Assembly: GCA_963790025.1 (NCBI GenBank)
Contig: CAWBMP010000004.1
Coordinates: 960,001 to 1,024,000 of the forward strand
DNA from: Nitrospirota bacterium
Lineage (GTDB): Bacteria; Nitrospirota; Thermodesulfovibrionia; Thermodesulfovibrionales; Dissulfurispiraceae
DNA length: 64,000 nucleotides
Direction of reading: 5' to 3'
A model generated the notes under the pieces. The model did not search any database and was not told where the DNA came from. It worked only from the letters and a program-made list of their open reading frames with translations. Position 1 is the first letter of the stretch. Every line of letters begins with the position of its first letter. This document shows, piece after piece, positions 31,421-42,144 of the stretch. The position numbers and the translations under genes are program-made.

Positions 31421-32455
31421 ATGCGTTATCGTCTGTTTGGCAGGACAGGTCTGTACGTTTCCGAACTTTGTCTTGGAACCATGACATTCGCCGGGCAGGG
31501 AGGATTCTGGGGTCTTATAGGCAAGCTTTCTGCGCAAGAGGCCGAAGCGCTCATCGGAACGGCACTTGATGCCGGCGTAAACTTAATTGACACTGCTGAC
31601 GTCTATTCCGAAGGGGAGTCGGAGAAGTTCGTAGGTTCGGCGCTTGCTTCTCTTGGGCGGCCCCGCGATCAGGTCCTCGTTGCCACCAAGGTCCACTTTC
31701 GTATGGGCGCGGGGCCGAATCAGGTGGGCCTATCGCGCGCACATATTTTTGCTGCTGTCGAGGCCAGCCTGCGCCGCCTGAAGCTGGACTTCATCGACCT
31801 CTATCAGATCCATGGGTGCGACCTCGACACGCCTATAGAAGAGACGGTGCGGGCACTCGATGACTTGGTCCGCGCAGGCAGGGTGCGCTATACCGGTTTC
31901 TGCAATCTGCCGGCCTGGTTGGCGATGAAGGCCCTCGGACATGCCGACGCGAATGGTCTTTCACGCTTTGTCAGCGCACAGATGTACTACTCCATCGCAG
32001 GCCGCGACATCGAACGCGAGGTGGTACCCATGGCCCTCGATCAGGGCCTCGCAATTCTTCCATGGAGCCCGCTGGCTGGGGGTTTGCTCTCAGGCAAGTT
32101 TGATCTTGAGAAACCGGGACCGGAGGGCGCGAGACGCACCTCTTTCGATTTTCCGCCAGTTGATAAAGTTCGTGCTGCGGCGGTAATCAAGGTGATGCGT
32201 GCCGTCGCCGGGGAGATGGGCATCTCCGTTGCAAAAGTCGCTCTCGCCTGGCTTCTGTCACGACCCTTCGTTACAAGCGTCATCATCGGAGCAAAGTCGC
32301 ACGAGCAACTCTCAGATAATCTGGCCTCAAGCGACGTACGTTTAGCCCAGGAGCACATAATCCAACTCAATGAAGCAAGTGCGTTGCCCTCAGAGTATCC
32401 AGGCTGGATGGTAGAAAGACAGAACAGGGATCGGCGTCCGGCAACAGCAGTCTGA
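31421..32455 (+). CDS. Aldo/keto reductase
   Basis: LCLGTMTF, DTADVY, ATK, DLYQIH, PWSPLAGG. Confidence 0.93.
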   Translation: MRYRLFGRTGLYVSELCLGTMTFAGQGGFWGLIGKLSAQEAEALIGTALDAGVNLIDTADVYSEGESEKFVGSALASLGRPRDQVLVATKVHFRMGAGPNQVGLSRAHIFAAVEASLRRLKLDFIDLYQIHGCDLDTPIEETVRALDDLVRAGRVRYTGFCNLPAWLAMKALGHADANGLSRFVSAQMYYSIAGRDIEREVVPMALDQGLAILPWSPLAGGLLSGKFDLEKPGPEGARRTSFDFPPVDKVRAAAVIKVMRAVAGEMGISVAKVALAWLLSRPFVTSVIIGAKSHEQLSDNLASSDVRLAQEHIIQLNEASALPSEYPGWMVERQNRDRRPATAV

Positions 32456-32485
32456 TCGCAACCTCAGGCGAGACAAATGGCGCAT

Positions 32486-33238
32486 TTAAGCTTCGTCATC
32501 TATGTCGCCGCTACGATAGTACTTGTGCATCTCATCGGTATAGTTGCCGTCTTCATTATATATGATAAGCGGCTTTTCGATTTTCATGCCGGTCCTGGCC
32601 CCTTTGGCAGCCTCAATTAGAAGCATCTTTGCATCGCTATTGACGGTCGAATGGACACAACGCACGCGTTTCACTTCCAGCCCATTGTCCTTCATGACAC
32701 TAACGATTTCGGCCATCCGCTCCGGCAAATGAATAAGGCACAATCTTCCGTGGTGCTTCAGGAGGGCCGAGCCGGCCTTCACCAAATCTGCCAGGGAAAG
32801 CAGTATTTCATGCCTGGCAATGGCCTTTTCATCATCGGGATTGATCAGTCCGGATTTCATCCTTCTGTATGGCGGGTTTGAAACAACGAGGTCGTATGCC
32901 GGAGGACCCAGCGCCGAGGCGCCGAATCCATTTTCCGGCGAAAACATTTTTATGTCCATTCTGATTACCTTTACACGGTCTTCAAGCCTGTTCATTTCAA
33001 TATTTCTCTCGGCGAGCAGTGCGAGTTTTTCCTGCAATTCGACTAATACTACTTTTGAGCCGGCGTCTTTCTTGGCAAGGAGAAGTCCTATAATCCCGGA
33101 ACCGGCGCCGAAATCTGCGATCTTCCCGACAACCGGGCAGCGTGCAAAAGAGGCAAGCAGCAGCGCATCAACCGAAAAACGGTAGCCGTTTTTATGCTGA
33201 TAGACCTTGACACCTTTTAAAAAGTCGAGTGTAGTCAT
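32486..33238 (-). CDS. tRNA1(Val) A37 N6-methyltransferase family (YfiC/TrmN6-like)
   Basis: GYRFSVDALLL, DFGAGSG, SNPPY, ARHE. Confidence 0.88.
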   Translation of the reverse strand: MTTLDFLKGVKVYQHKNGYRFSVDALLLASFARCPVVGKIADFGAGSGIIGLLLAKKDAGSKVVLVELQEKLALLAERNIEMNRLEDRVKVIRMDIKMFSPENGFGASALGPPAYDLVVSNPPYRRMKSGLINPDDEKAIARHEILLSLADLVKAGSALLKHHGRLCLIHLPERMAEIVSVMKDNGLEVKRVRCVHSTVNSDAKMLLIEAAKGARTGMKIEKPLIIYNEDGNYTDEMHKYYRSGDIDDEA

Positions 33239-33315
33239 CCTGGATAAGTTATTCCTGGGTAATGAAGGAAATATATACATATGATTTTAAGAAGTCAAGA
33301 GTCCCAAGGTTGACC

Positions 33316-34760
33316 TGTCAAGCCAATTTAGAAATGTCCTATTTTTACCAAAATAGAAATGTCCGGTTTTTACGCTGCTGCTTTCCTCAACCTTTTCCTC
33401 AACTCTTGCCTTTTGAATATAAGGTCTTGTGATGTTCTCCAGAGATGATCTTTTGCCGGCACGCTATTTTGTGAATATCGTCTAATGGTGCTTTTCTCTT
33501 TATTCATCTTTTCCGGCCGGGCATCAATTTCTTTATACTTAATGCGCCTATCCTGGTACATTACTAACATCGTGCCGTCAATGCGTTCTTCGACTATTAC
33601 TCTCGTCTTCTTTGGAAACGCCTCTTTAAGCTGATAGATTTTTTTATTGTGCCGTATAGTATTGTCATTTCCTACTGTATGCTCTGACCGTATACATAAT
33701 ATCCTGTTGAGGTTAAGTCCCTTTGGAATAGCCCTATGAATATCTTCCTTATGATGCGGATGAACCATAAATTTCTTATTAAAGTCAGCCCAATAATGTT
33801 CTTCCATGAACATGTTTGCTTCTTCTATTGTGTTGATTCCGCGCAGTCGCAGTTCCTTTACCAGTCGGTCCTGTAACGTTTCATACAGCCTCTCCACGCG
33901 CCCTTTCGCCTGAGGAGAATAAGCATGAATGCGTTTTACTCCAAGTTCTGCCAATGCTCTGCCAAACTCGCTCAAGGGTTCAGTGCCGTTAATCTCGTCC
34001 TCTATGGAGGGCTCAGATGAAGATTTATAGGTCTTGTGCCTATCAAAATATACGCTCATAGGAATGCCATATTTCCTTATGTACCGCTTAAAACTGTCCA
34101 TCGCAGGGATTGTGCCCTCGTATTCATAAAACCTGCCATATACTCTGCCCGTTGCGTCATCTATATAGGCCATTAGAACACATTGTGGGCCTCTGTCTTC
34201 AAACCATTTGTGATGTGAGCCATCCATCTGCAACATTTCCCCACAATTCATTTTCCGTGGACGCCATTGTCTATGTATCTTTCTTTTTCGTCTTTTCTGC
34301 CATTCTCCTGCCTCAATAAGCCATAAGCGTAAGGTCTCATCACTTATCTTTATTTCGTCTATCTCAAAGAGCTTTTCTGCTGCCAGAGTAGGCCCAAATC
34401 CTTTATACCGCTCCTTATATAACTTGATAACCCTTTCTTTGAGCTTCCTTGGCCTTTGTCTGTTCGATTGTCTGCCGCGAGATCGGTGCCTTATTCCTGT
34501 ATCCCCTTCCTCGCTTATACGTTTAACTATTCTCCTTATCTGTCTTTCACTCATTGAAATAATTTCGGCTGCCAGCCTCTGAGTTATCTCTCCTTCGATT
34601 ACTTTGTGAATTACATGCAATATCCTCAATTCCTTCTGCCGTACCATGATAATGTCCCCTTCTGCCATCCCGCCTCCCTCTCAAAAAGAGGCAGTATAGC
34701 ATTACCTCAATAGGACATTTCTAAATTGGTACTATAGGACATTATCATTTTGGCGCGACA
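33316..34760 (-). mobile_element. Complete IS1202-like (ISNCY) insertion sequence, 1445 bp, 17-bp target duplication
   Basis: Ends TGTCAAGCCA / TGGCGCGACA; paired subterminal GGACATT repeats; DR GAGTCCCAAGGTTGACC at 33299-33315 and 34761-34777. Confidence 0.93.
33370..34668 (-). CDS. DDE transposase
   Basis: N-terminal HTH; QMDGSHH, IDDATG, YFDRH, PQAKGRVER, TLQDRL. Confidence 0.95.
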   Translation of the reverse strand: MAEGDIIMVRQKELRILHVIHKVIEGEITQRLAAEIISMSERQIRRIVKRISEEGDTGIRHRSRGRQSNRQRPRKLKERVIKLYKERYKGFGPTLAAEKLFEIDEIKISDETLRLWLIEAGEWQKRRKRKIHRQWRPRKMNCGEMLQMDGSHHKWFEDRGPQCVLMAYIDDATGRVYGRFYEYEGTIPAMDSFKRYIRKYGIPMSVYFDRHKTYKSSSEPSIEDEINGTEPLSEFGRALAELGVKRIHAYSPQAKGRVERLYETLQDRLVKELRLRGINTIEEANMFMEEHYWADFNKKFMVHPHHKEDIHRAIPKGLNLNRILCIRSEHTVGNDNTIRHNKKIYQLKEAFPKKTRVIVEERIDGTMLVMYQDRRIKYKEIDARPEKMNKEKSTIRRYSQNSVPAKDHLWRTSQDLIFKRQELRKRLRKAAA

Positions 34761-34822
34761 GAGTCCCAAGGTTGACCGAAACCACTTTCCTTCGCTATCA
34801 TATGATCTGAAAGGAACCCTTA

Positions 34823-35716
34823 ATGCGCCCATTCAAAGAAATCAAGCATGATTACCGTTTTACTGAAGAAGATCAAAAGCGCCTCGTAGCACTTCAGTCT
34901 CTTATGACAGAACACACCGAGGAGATCATGAGCACGCTTAACCTCTGGTTCATGGGCACCAGAGGCGCCGCGACCTTCTTCACGACCGCGACGCTTAAAA
35001 ACCATGTGTTCAAGGCCCAGAAGGTGTGGTTTGAGGGGCTCTTTTCCGGTACCTATGACAACCGGTTCTACGAACGGCTCATAAAGATAGGCGGCGCCCA
35101 TGTGAGGCGAAATGTCGATGTCCACTACTTGCAGCGTGCAGCCAACATCATCAAAAACGCATGCACTGGGGTCCTCTCCGAGGTAGACGAACCGGTGGCG
35201 GAGATCACAAGCAATATGATCAGTGTGGGAAAGATCATTGACATCAGCATGAACGTGATCATAAGCGCGTACATCGAAGAAGAGATACGCCTCTACTCCC
35301 CCATCTACAAAGTAAAAAGCGCTCTGCTCAGCTTTTCTGAGCTCTTCTCACAGGGCACCAATTTCATGCTGGTGTTCGCGCTCATCGGTCTGACGCTCGG
35401 GGTCGTGTGGCTTTTCCTCCGGGATGTGATCAATATCTTCTCCGGTGATCTCGAGCAGGGCATTATCTCTTCCCTCGGGTCCATGCTCCTGATCTGGCTA
35501 ATGATAGAACTCATGAACACCGAGATCTCGCATCTGAAAGGCGGCAAATTTCACATAAGCGTTTTCGTGGGTGTTGCGCTTGTGACGATGATCCGGGAAA
35601 CGATGATCGCCACCCTCCGCCATGAAAAACCGGAGTCAGTTTATTATCTTATAGCCGCCATCCTCGTGATCGGTTTCGTATACTGGATTGTCACCAAAAC
35701 CGAAGATCGGAAATAA
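34823..35716 (+). CDS. Protoglobin-like sensor globin fused to PsiE-like membrane domain
   Basis: Globin-coupled-sensor-like N-terminus (KIGGAHVR), then four TM helices (LIWLMIELM, VALVTMIRE). Confidence 0.72.
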   Translation: MRPFKEIKHDYRFTEEDQKRLVALQSLMTEHTEEIMSTLNLWFMGTRGAATFFTTATLKNHVFKAQKVWFEGLFSGTYDNRFYERLIKIGGAHVRRNVDVHYLQRAANIIKNACTGVLSEVDEPVAEITSNMISVGKIIDISMNVIISAYIEEEIRLYSPIYKVKSALLSFSELFSQGTNFMLVFALIGLTLGVVWLFLRDVINIFSGDLEQGIISSLGSMLLIWLMIELMNTEISHLKGGKFHISVFVGVALVTMIRETMIATLRHEKPESVYYLIAAILVIGFVYWIVTKTEDRK

Positions 35717-35727
35717 TAAACTCTGTT

Positions 35728-36786
35728 CTATGCTTCCCTGATCATTATCATCAGCGCTTCGAGCAACTCGTCCTCTTTGACCTGTCTTACCACTTCCCCT
35801 TTTTTAAAGACAAGTCCCATGCCCTTTCCCCCTGCGATGCCGAAATCTGCTTCTCTGGCCTCACCGGGACCGTTAACCACACAGCCCATGACCGCAACGC
35901 TGATCGGTTCTTTAATGTCCTTAATCGCATCTTCCACTTTTTGTGCAAGCGGCTTTAAATCAATACAGCACCTGCCGCATGTAGGGCATGAAATTAGTTC
36001 AGGTCCATGCCGGCGCAGACCGAGAGATTTCAGAATCTCATATGCCACCCGGATCTCTTCCGCCGGCTCGGCGGTTAGCGACACCCTCATCGTATCGCCT
36101 ATCCCTTCGGCAAGCAATATGCCGAGCCCGACAGAACTTTTAATGGTCCCGGTGAAAGGGGGGCCTGCCTCTGAAATGCCGATATGGAGCGGGTAATCAT
36201 ATTTTCCCGAAAACAAGCGGTAGGCTTCGACTGTTTTCATAACATTCGAGGCCTTGAGCGATATCTTTATATTTTGAAAATTCAAGTCTTCAAGTATCCT
36301 GATATGGGCCTCGGCACTTTCCACAAGGGCCTCTGGAGTCGGATGTCCGAACTTCTCAAGCAGGGTTTTATCCAGCGAACCGGCATTTACGCCGATCCTT
36401 ATAGGCACGGAGCGTTCAGATGCAGCGAGCACTACCTCTTTTATCTTCCAGAGAGCGCCGATATTGCCCGGATTCAGCCTTAGACCATCTACACCCTGTG
36501 TCAGCGCCTCAAGCGCTAACCTCCAGTCGAAATGTATATCGGCAACAAGAGGGATATTTACTTCCTTCTTGATCGGCCCGAGGGAGCGGGCTGCATCCAT
36601 GTCCGGGACAGCCAGCCGGATAATCTCACATCCCTGCGTTTCGAGATAGTGTATTTGTTCGGCAGTCGCCCTAACATTGCGTGTATCGGTTTTTGTCATT
36701 GATTGAACTGATATAGGGCTGCCCCCGCCTATTGGAACGTCTCCGACATATATCTGCCTGGTTTTTTTTCTATCAATTAGTGACAT
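35728..36786 (-). CDS. ispG: HMBPP synthase
   Basis: VQSMT, ADIHF, RIGVNAGS, CPTCGR, VMGCVVNGPGE. Confidence 0.97.
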   Translation of the reverse strand: MSLIDRKKTRQIYVGDVPIGGGSPISVQSMTKTDTRNVRATAEQIHYLETQGCEIIRLAVPDMDAARSLGPIKKEVNIPLVADIHFDWRLALEALTQGVDGLRLNPGNIGALWKIKEVVLAASERSVPIRIGVNAGSLDKTLLEKFGHPTPEALVESAEAHIRILEDLNFQNIKISLKASNVMKTVEAYRLFSGKYDYPLHIGISEAGPPFTGTIKSSVGLGILLAEGIGDTMRVSLTAEPAEEIRVAYEILKSLGLRRHGPELISCPTCGRCCIDLKPLAQKVEDAIKDIKEPISVAVMGCVVNGPGEAREADFGIAGGKGMGLVFKKGEVVRQVKEDELLEALMIMIREA

Positions 36787-36805
36787 ACATATTCATCCTC
36801 TCTTA

Positions 36806-37804
36806 TTAGGAATCTCCGCCGGACCGTATTCTCCTGATCGCAGCCATATGCTCTTCCAGTGTTTTTGAGAAGTAGTGCTTACCGTTGTTTTCCGACACAA
36901 AATACAGGTAGGGCACCTTCGCAGGGTACAATGCCGCGGTAATAGATTTTATTCCGGGGCACGCTATCGGGCCAGGAGGAAGCCCTTTAATTACATAAGT
37001 ATTGTAATCGGTCTTTCTTTTGAGATCACTCCTCGTTATTTTTCGTCTGCTGCTTTTTACACCGTAGATTGAGGTTGGATCTGCCTGCAGGGGCATGTCC
37101 TTCTTTATCCTGTTATGATAGACAGCGGAAATGATGGGCCGCTCATCATCGCTTATTGCCTCTTTTTCTATAATGGATGCAAGAGTCAACACCCTGTTCT
37201 CGCTCCAGCCGATTTCCTTCATGCGCTCCAGCAACTTTTCTGTATACTCACTTCTGAGCATGCCTACCATGCCTTTCAACAGCACCTTAGGATTTACCCC
37301 TTTGGGAATTCTGTAGGTTTGTGGGAAAATATAACCCTCCAGGCTAGGGGCATCGACATCAAGGAGTTTCAAAAAATCTCTGTCCCTTGTGAGACGATTA
37401 AAATCTTCTATATGCATAATTTTATTTTCAGCAAGCTTATTGCCGATTTCAAGCAGACTGTCTCCCTCGACAATTGTCACATCATATTCTATAATTTTCC
37501 CCTCTTTCAGGCGTTTGAACACCTGAAAAGGGCTCATAGTTCCCCAAAAAGAGTAAAACCCGTACCGTATTTTCCGGTCAAGGCCCGTCAGTCTCCCAAG
37601 TACAATAAAAATATTTTTGTCCCTGATAAGATTGTTCCCGTAGAGAATATTGATGGCCTGCTTATAGGTAGCCCCTTCCGGTATCTCCACCTCAAGCTGT
37701 TTTTTCCCGATATCCGAGGGTACGAAAAGCTGCATGCTCACATACACCAGTGGAAGAATCAAGAGTGTTGCTATGACAATTTTGAAATTCTGTTTTATGC
37801 TCAT
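36806..37804 (-). CDS. mltG: Endolytic transglycosylase
   Basis: N-terminal TM, LEGYIFP, LASIIEKEA, LQADPT, GLPPGPI. Confidence 0.95.
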   Translation of the reverse strand: MSIKQNFKIVIATLLILPLVYVSMQLFVPSDIGKKQLEVEIPEGATYKQAINILYGNNLIRDKNIFIVLGRLTGLDRKIRYGFYSFWGTMSPFQVFKRLKEGKIIEYDVTIVEGDSLLEIGNKLAENKIMHIEDFNRLTRDRDFLKLLDVDAPSLEGYIFPQTYRIPKGVNPKVLLKGMVGMLRSEYTEKLLERMKEIGWSENRVLTLASIIEKEAISDDERPIISAVYHNRIKKDMPLQADPTSIYGVKSSRRKITRSDLKRKTDYNTYVIKGLPPGPIACPGIKSITAALYPAKVPYLYFVSENNGKHYFSKTLEEHMAAIRRIRSGGDS

Positions 37805-37844
37805 AGTATTTAAGGATAACAGATAATAATTAAAAAACAGAAAC

Positions 37845-37868
37845 GGGGCGGTCTGAAAAGACCGCCCC
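37845..37868 (-). terminator. groEL terminator hairpin
   Basis: GGGGCGGTCT-GAAA-AGACCGCCCC flanked by A/T runs. Confidence 0.85.
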
Positions 37869-37899
37869 TGTTTTTATTCTGATTTCTGACTTCTATCGT

Positions 37900-39534
37900 T
37901 TAGTACATTCCTTCCATACCGCCGCCGCCAGGCATCGGAGGCATCTTTTTGTCCTCCTCAGGCAACTCGGTAATCATTACTTCCGTAGTAAGCATCAAGC
38001 CGGCCACTGACGATGCATTCTGCAGTGCGGATCTGGTGACCTTTGTAGGATCGATGATGCCCGCCTTGATCATATCGACAAATTCCTCCTTGTATGCATC
38101 GTATCCGTAATTTACATCTTTCGAAGCCTTCACCTTTTCAACGATAACAGCACTCTCGATGCCGGCATTCTGAATTATTTGCTTTATCGGCTCTTCAAGC
38201 GCCTTCTTGACTATACTCACGCCAAGCTGCTGGTCATGGTCCAGCTTCATCTTATCCAGCGCCTTCATGCACCTGATAAGGGCAACACCTCCGCCAGGCA
38301 CAATACCTTCTTCAACTGCCGCCCTCGTTGCATGGAGAGCGTCTTCAACTCTGGCCTTTTTCTCTTTCATTTCAGATTCGGTCGCGGCACCGACGTTAAT
38401 AACTGCTACGCCCCCGACCAGTTTCGCAAGCCGCTCCTGAAGTTTTTCCCTGTCGTAGTCAGAAGTGGTCTCATCAACCTGGGTCTTGATCTGTTTTACC
38501 CTGCCCTGAATCTGCGCTTCGTTGCCCGCGCCCTCGACAATCGTGGTATTTTCCTTATCGATGGTGATTTTGCGGGCCCTGCCCAAATCATTGATCTTTA
38601 CGTTTTCGAGTTTAAGTCCGAGGTCCTCGGAAATGACTGTACCGCCGGTCAGAATGGCGATATCTTCGAGCATTGCCTTTCTTCTGTCTCCAAAACCCGG
38701 GGCCTTCACCGCCGCAACCTGAAGGGTCCCGCGCAATTTGTTCACAACGAGTGTTGCAAGTGCCTCTCCCTCGACTTCTTCGGAAATGATGACAAGTGGC
38801 TTGCCCATTTTTGCGATCTGTTCAAGAATGGGAAGGAGGTCTTTCATGGTCGAAATCTTTTTGTCGTGCAGAAGAATGAAGGCATCATCAAGTGCACACT
38901 CCATCCTGTCGGGATCGGTGATAAAGTACGGGGAAATATATCCCCTGTCAAACTGCATTCCCTCTACCACGTCCAGGGTCGTTGCCATCCCCTTAGCTTC
39001 TTCAACCGTAATAACGCCGTCTTTGCCGACCTTGTCCATCGCCTCGGCAATCAATTCGCCGACCGAAGGATCACTATTGGCAGAGATGGTGCCTACCTGG
39101 GCAATTTCCTTCTTCTCGGCAACAGGCCTGCTCATTGTTTTTAATTCTTCCACCACGGTTTCGACTGCTCTGTCGATTCCCCGCTTCAGGTCGATGGAAT
39201 TGGCGCCTGCGGTCACATGCCTCATGCCCTCTTTGTAAATAGCATAAGCGAGCACGGTCGCGGTTGTTGTCCCGTCACCTGCCACATCAGAGGTTTTGGA
39301 AGCGACCTCTCTCAGGAGCTGGGCGCCCATATTCTCGTAAGGGTCTTTCAGCTCGATTTCCTTTGCAACGGTAACGCCGTCCTTGGTTATATTCGGCGCA
39401 CCGAATTTCCTGTCTATAATAACATTCCTTCCCCTAGGGCCTAGAGTCGCCTTGACTGCGTCTGTAAGTATGGTCACGCCCTTTAAAATCGTCTGTCTTG
39501 CCGCTTCGTCAAACAGAAGTTGTTTTGCCGCCAT
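37900..39534 (-). CDS. groL: Chaperonin GroEL
   Basis: [23 protein letters not shown], Gly/Met-rich tail. Confidence 0.99.
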   Translation of the reverse strand: MAAKQLLFDEAARQTILKGVTILTDAVKATLGPRGRNVIIDRKFGAPNITKDGVTVAKEIELKDPYENMGAQLLREVASKTSDVAGDGTTTATVLAYAIYKEGMRHVTAGANSIDLKRGIDRAVETVVEELKTMSRPVAEKKEIAQVGTISANSDPSVGELIAEAMDKVGKDGVITVEEAKGMATTLDVVEGMQFDRGYISPYFITDPDRMECALDDAFILLHDKKISTMKDLLPILEQIAKMGKPLVIISEEVEGEALATLVVNKLRGTLQVAAVKAPGFGDRRKAMLEDIAILTGGTVISEDLGLKLENVKINDLGRARKITIDKENTTIVEGAGNEAQIQGRVKQIKTQVDETTSDYDREKLQERLAKLVGGVAVINVGAATESEMKEKKARVEDALHATRAAVEEGIVPGGGVALIRCMKALDKMKLDHDQQLGVSIVKKALEEPIKQIIQNAGIESAVIVEKVKASKDVNYGYDAYKEEFVDMIKAGIIDPTKVTRSALQNASSVAGLMLTTEVMITELPEEDKKMPPMPGGGGMEGMY

Positions 39535-39557
39535 AATGTTCAGTCCTCCTTTTTTTC

Positions 39558-39821
39558 TTACTCAATTATTCCTAAAAGATCTTCTTCTTTTACGATGAGA
39601 TATTCAACGTTGTCGATCTTGATTTTCGATCCCGAATACTTGTCGAAAAGCACCTGATTTCCGGCTTTCACTTCCTTCACTTCAGAGCCGACTGCATCCA
39701 CCGTTCCCTTTTGGGGTTTCTCCTTTGCAACATCGGGAACATAAATGCCCCCCGCTGTCTTTTCGATGTCCTCTTCTGAATACCTGATGACTACTTTGTC
39801 CTTAAGTGGCTTAATCTTCAT
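39558..39821 (-). CDS. groS: Co-chaperonin GroES
   Basis: [22 protein letters not shown]. Confidence 0.98.
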   Translation of the reverse strand: MKIKPLKDKVVIRYSEEDIEKTAGGIYVPDVAKEKPQKGTVDAVGSEVKEVKAGNQVLFDKYSGSKIKIDNVEYLIVKEEDLLGIIE

Positions 39822-39906
39822 ACCGAACTAACCTCCTTCTAAAAGTAATTTTCAATCCTTAACGGAAAAACCGTTTAAGGTAATGATTGATATTGATGGC
39901 CCATTA

Positions 39907-39933
39907 TTAGCACTCATCACCATTGAGTGCTAA
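39907..39933. promoter_or_regulatory. CIRCE element (HrcA operator)
   Basis: Perfect TTAGCACTC-N9-GAGTGCTAA upstream of groES. Confidence 0.97.
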
Positions 39934-40052
39934 TAATAACGCGAAAACGAGGGTAGTTGCAAGGCTTCACAAGAACAAATATAGCCTACCAGAGATAAAT
40001 ATTAGTGATTTTTAGCTATTTTCTACGATTTCTAGCTCTTTTCTAACAAAAT

Positions 40053-40715
40053 CTATCTTTTTTGCGGCAACCACAACTTTATTGTGCCCAGGCCTGCCAG
40101 AAAGCCGCCTACGTGAGCAAACCATGCAACCCCGCCATGTTGAAGAGAGCCGGCACTAAGGAGTCCGCTGATGACCTGCAGCAGTATCCAAAAACCGATG
40201 ACAAAAACTGCGGGGATTCGAACAACTTGCCAGAAAAATCCAAAGAAAAGAAGGGTATGCACCTTTGCTCTAGGGAAAAGCAGGATGTAGGCGCCCAATA
40301 TGCCTGATATTGCACCACTGGCGCCGATCATGGGCATCATCGATTTGGGATCAGTCAGCGCATACGCATATACCGCGACAATACCTGAAAATAGGTAAAA
40401 CAATAAAAACATGAAGTGGCCGAGCTCATCTTCAATATTATCGCCAAATATCCACAGGAAAAGCATATTCCCCGCTACATGCAAAAAACCGCCATGAAGG
40501 AACATGGAGGTAAATATACTTTCAAGCGGAGACACCTGCTGTGCGCTGTGAAAAGTAATAAGGTTATGAGGTATGGCCCCATAGAGCAAGGCAATCTGCT
40601 CACCCTCAACTGGGGTCATCATTTCCCAGAGAAACACTATAATATTGGCAATAATCAGCCCCACGGTGACGAATGGAAAAGTGCGGGACGGATTATCTAC
40701 TTTAAAGGGAATCAT
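40053..40715 (-). CDS. Rhomboid intramembrane serine protease
   Basis: MFLHGG..H..GNM, GASGA, AHVGG. Confidence 0.93.
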   Translation of the reverse strand: MIPFKVDNPSRTFPFVTVGLIIANIIVFLWEMMTPVEGEQIALLYGAIPHNLITFHSAQQVSPLESIFTSMFLHGGFLHVAGNMLFLWIFGDNIEDELGHFMFLLFYLFSGIVAVYAYALTDPKSMMPMIGASGAISGILGAYILLFPRAKVHTLLFFGFFWQVVRIPAVFVIGFWILLQVISGLLSAGSLQHGGVAWFAHVGGFLAGLGTIKLWLPQKR

Positions 40716-40966
40716 TTATGCACCATAATTTGATTAGTTTGCTTCTGTAACTTACTCATATTTAAGTTATATTGTATTCTGTCTTGATTGCTTTTGTAAA
40801 AGTTCATCCCTCCGTGACAATTATGAATCAGGGCACGCAAGCCTTGGGAATGTCAAAAAAGCAAAAATTTTTTAGGTGTGTGGAAGCCTGGAATAGTAAA
40901 TGAACCACGCTCCGGGTTGTAACCGGGAGCGTGGCTCATTTATTGTTTGGGTCAAGAGCAGCGCGG

Positions 40967-41266
40967 TCAGCAGAAGAATGTTTGCAGTTTTCCCCTGAGT
41001 CCTTTTGCGGTTTGCAGAAGTGTTGTCGACATCTTCCTTATCGTCGCCAGGCCACAAGTAATGACGTCTTTGGTCGTCACTTCCCAGCCCTCTTTAATTT
41101 TTCCCGATATCAATCTCAAAATTTTCGCTATGGCTTCATGGAAACGTTCGATGAGTTTCTCCAGAAGGTAAGCGATATAAACTTCTATGGCGAGAGCTGC
41201 AAAGCTTGCCAACTCCTGATGATGATTACGGAAATCTTTTACAAGCTGCTCTATTAAATGATTCAT
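40967..41266 (-). CDS. Hypothetical helical protein
   Basis: Strong SD AAAGGAGG, last gene of cassette, followed by hairpin at about 40905-40935. Confidence 0.6.
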   Translation of the reverse strand: MNHLIEQLVKDFRNHHQELASFAALAIEVYIAYLLEKLIERFHEAIAKILRLISGKIKEGWEVTTKDVITCGLATIRKMSTTLLQTAKGLRGKLQTFFC

Positions 41267-41276
41267 AGTTCCTCCT

Positions 41277-42044
41277 TTAAATATTGAAAGTGGCGCTTAC
41301 CGGGCAGTGGTCTGAAACAGTTGACCAGTAGTTATAATCATCTTCGTGGCTTTTGCAGTCCAGGCGGCAGGCCCCTCCAACGGACACACCTTTAAAATGC
41401 GGGACAAGGGCAGGAGAAACAAGGATATGGTCAACCCTGCTTCCGTACTTCTCGGTCATGGTGTAAGCATCTCCAGCAGTAGCCAGCACAAATCTGGTAG
41501 CCTTTACAAAAGACTTGAGTTCCTCAAGGTTCTCGCCTCGACCACTAAAGCAGTTCATGTCGCCCAGGAGCAGCATGCGCTTATCGGCGGCAAGCTCTTT
41601 AATTATCCTGGTGAGCACTTTCCACTGCATCCTTCTTGTGTTCATATCCTTTTTCTTCTTTCCGGACTTCAGGTGGACGACAAGGACTTCAAAAAGAAGA
41701 CCTGTCTCAGTGAATTCAAATTCACCAAGCAGCGCAGGTCTTACTCTTCTGCCAACATCCACCTCGTCGTACGTTTTGAAACCAAGAGATTTCACGCGTA
41801 AGCCGTTGTAGAGCAGGCCGACCTTCTGGCTTGGATACTTCGTGGCAACAAATTTCCACTCTTCGCCGAGGAAATAAGTCGCATCCTTCTGAAAAAGACC
41901 GGGGTCCGTGATTTCCTGAACACCTGCAACGTCACATCCCTCCATCTCGCTGAAAAGGGCCATGTTGTCTTTTTCATAGCCCGCCTTTCCAAACCACTCT
42001 ATATTTAGAGTGGTTACTGTAAGTCCTTCTGTTTTTTTCTCCAT
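41277..42044 (-). CDS. Endonuclease/exonuclease/phosphatase (EEP) family protein
   Basis: TLNIEWF, VQEI, VHLKSG, GDMN, DHILV, SDHCPV; no signal peptide. Confidence 0.9.
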   Translation of the reverse strand: MEKKTEGLTVTTLNIEWFGKAGYEKDNMALFSEMEGCDVAGVQEITDPGLFQKDATYFLGEEWKFVATKYPSQKVGLLYNGLRVKSLGFKTYDEVDVGRRVRPALLGEFEFTETGLLFEVLVVHLKSGKKKKDMNTRRMQWKVLTRIIKELAADKRMLLLGDMNCFSGRGENLEELKSFVKATRFVLATAGDAYTMTEKYGSRVDHILVSPALVPHFKGVSVGGACRLDCKSHEDDYNYWSTVSDHCPVSATFNI

Positions 42045-42065
42045 TTCTTCTCCTTTTTTGGGCAC

Positions 42066-42104
42066 AAAAAAGCCGGTGATCCGTATAACCGATACCAGCC
42101 CTTT
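42066..42104 (-). terminator. Terminator/attenuator directly before the RBS of the EEP gene
   Basis: Minus strand GGCTGGT...ACCGGC-TTTTTTGTG then AAAAGGAG. Confidence 0.7.
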
Positions 42105-42144
42105 AGGGGTTATTTGTCTGAGGCGAAAATTCTAACTGCGGATT

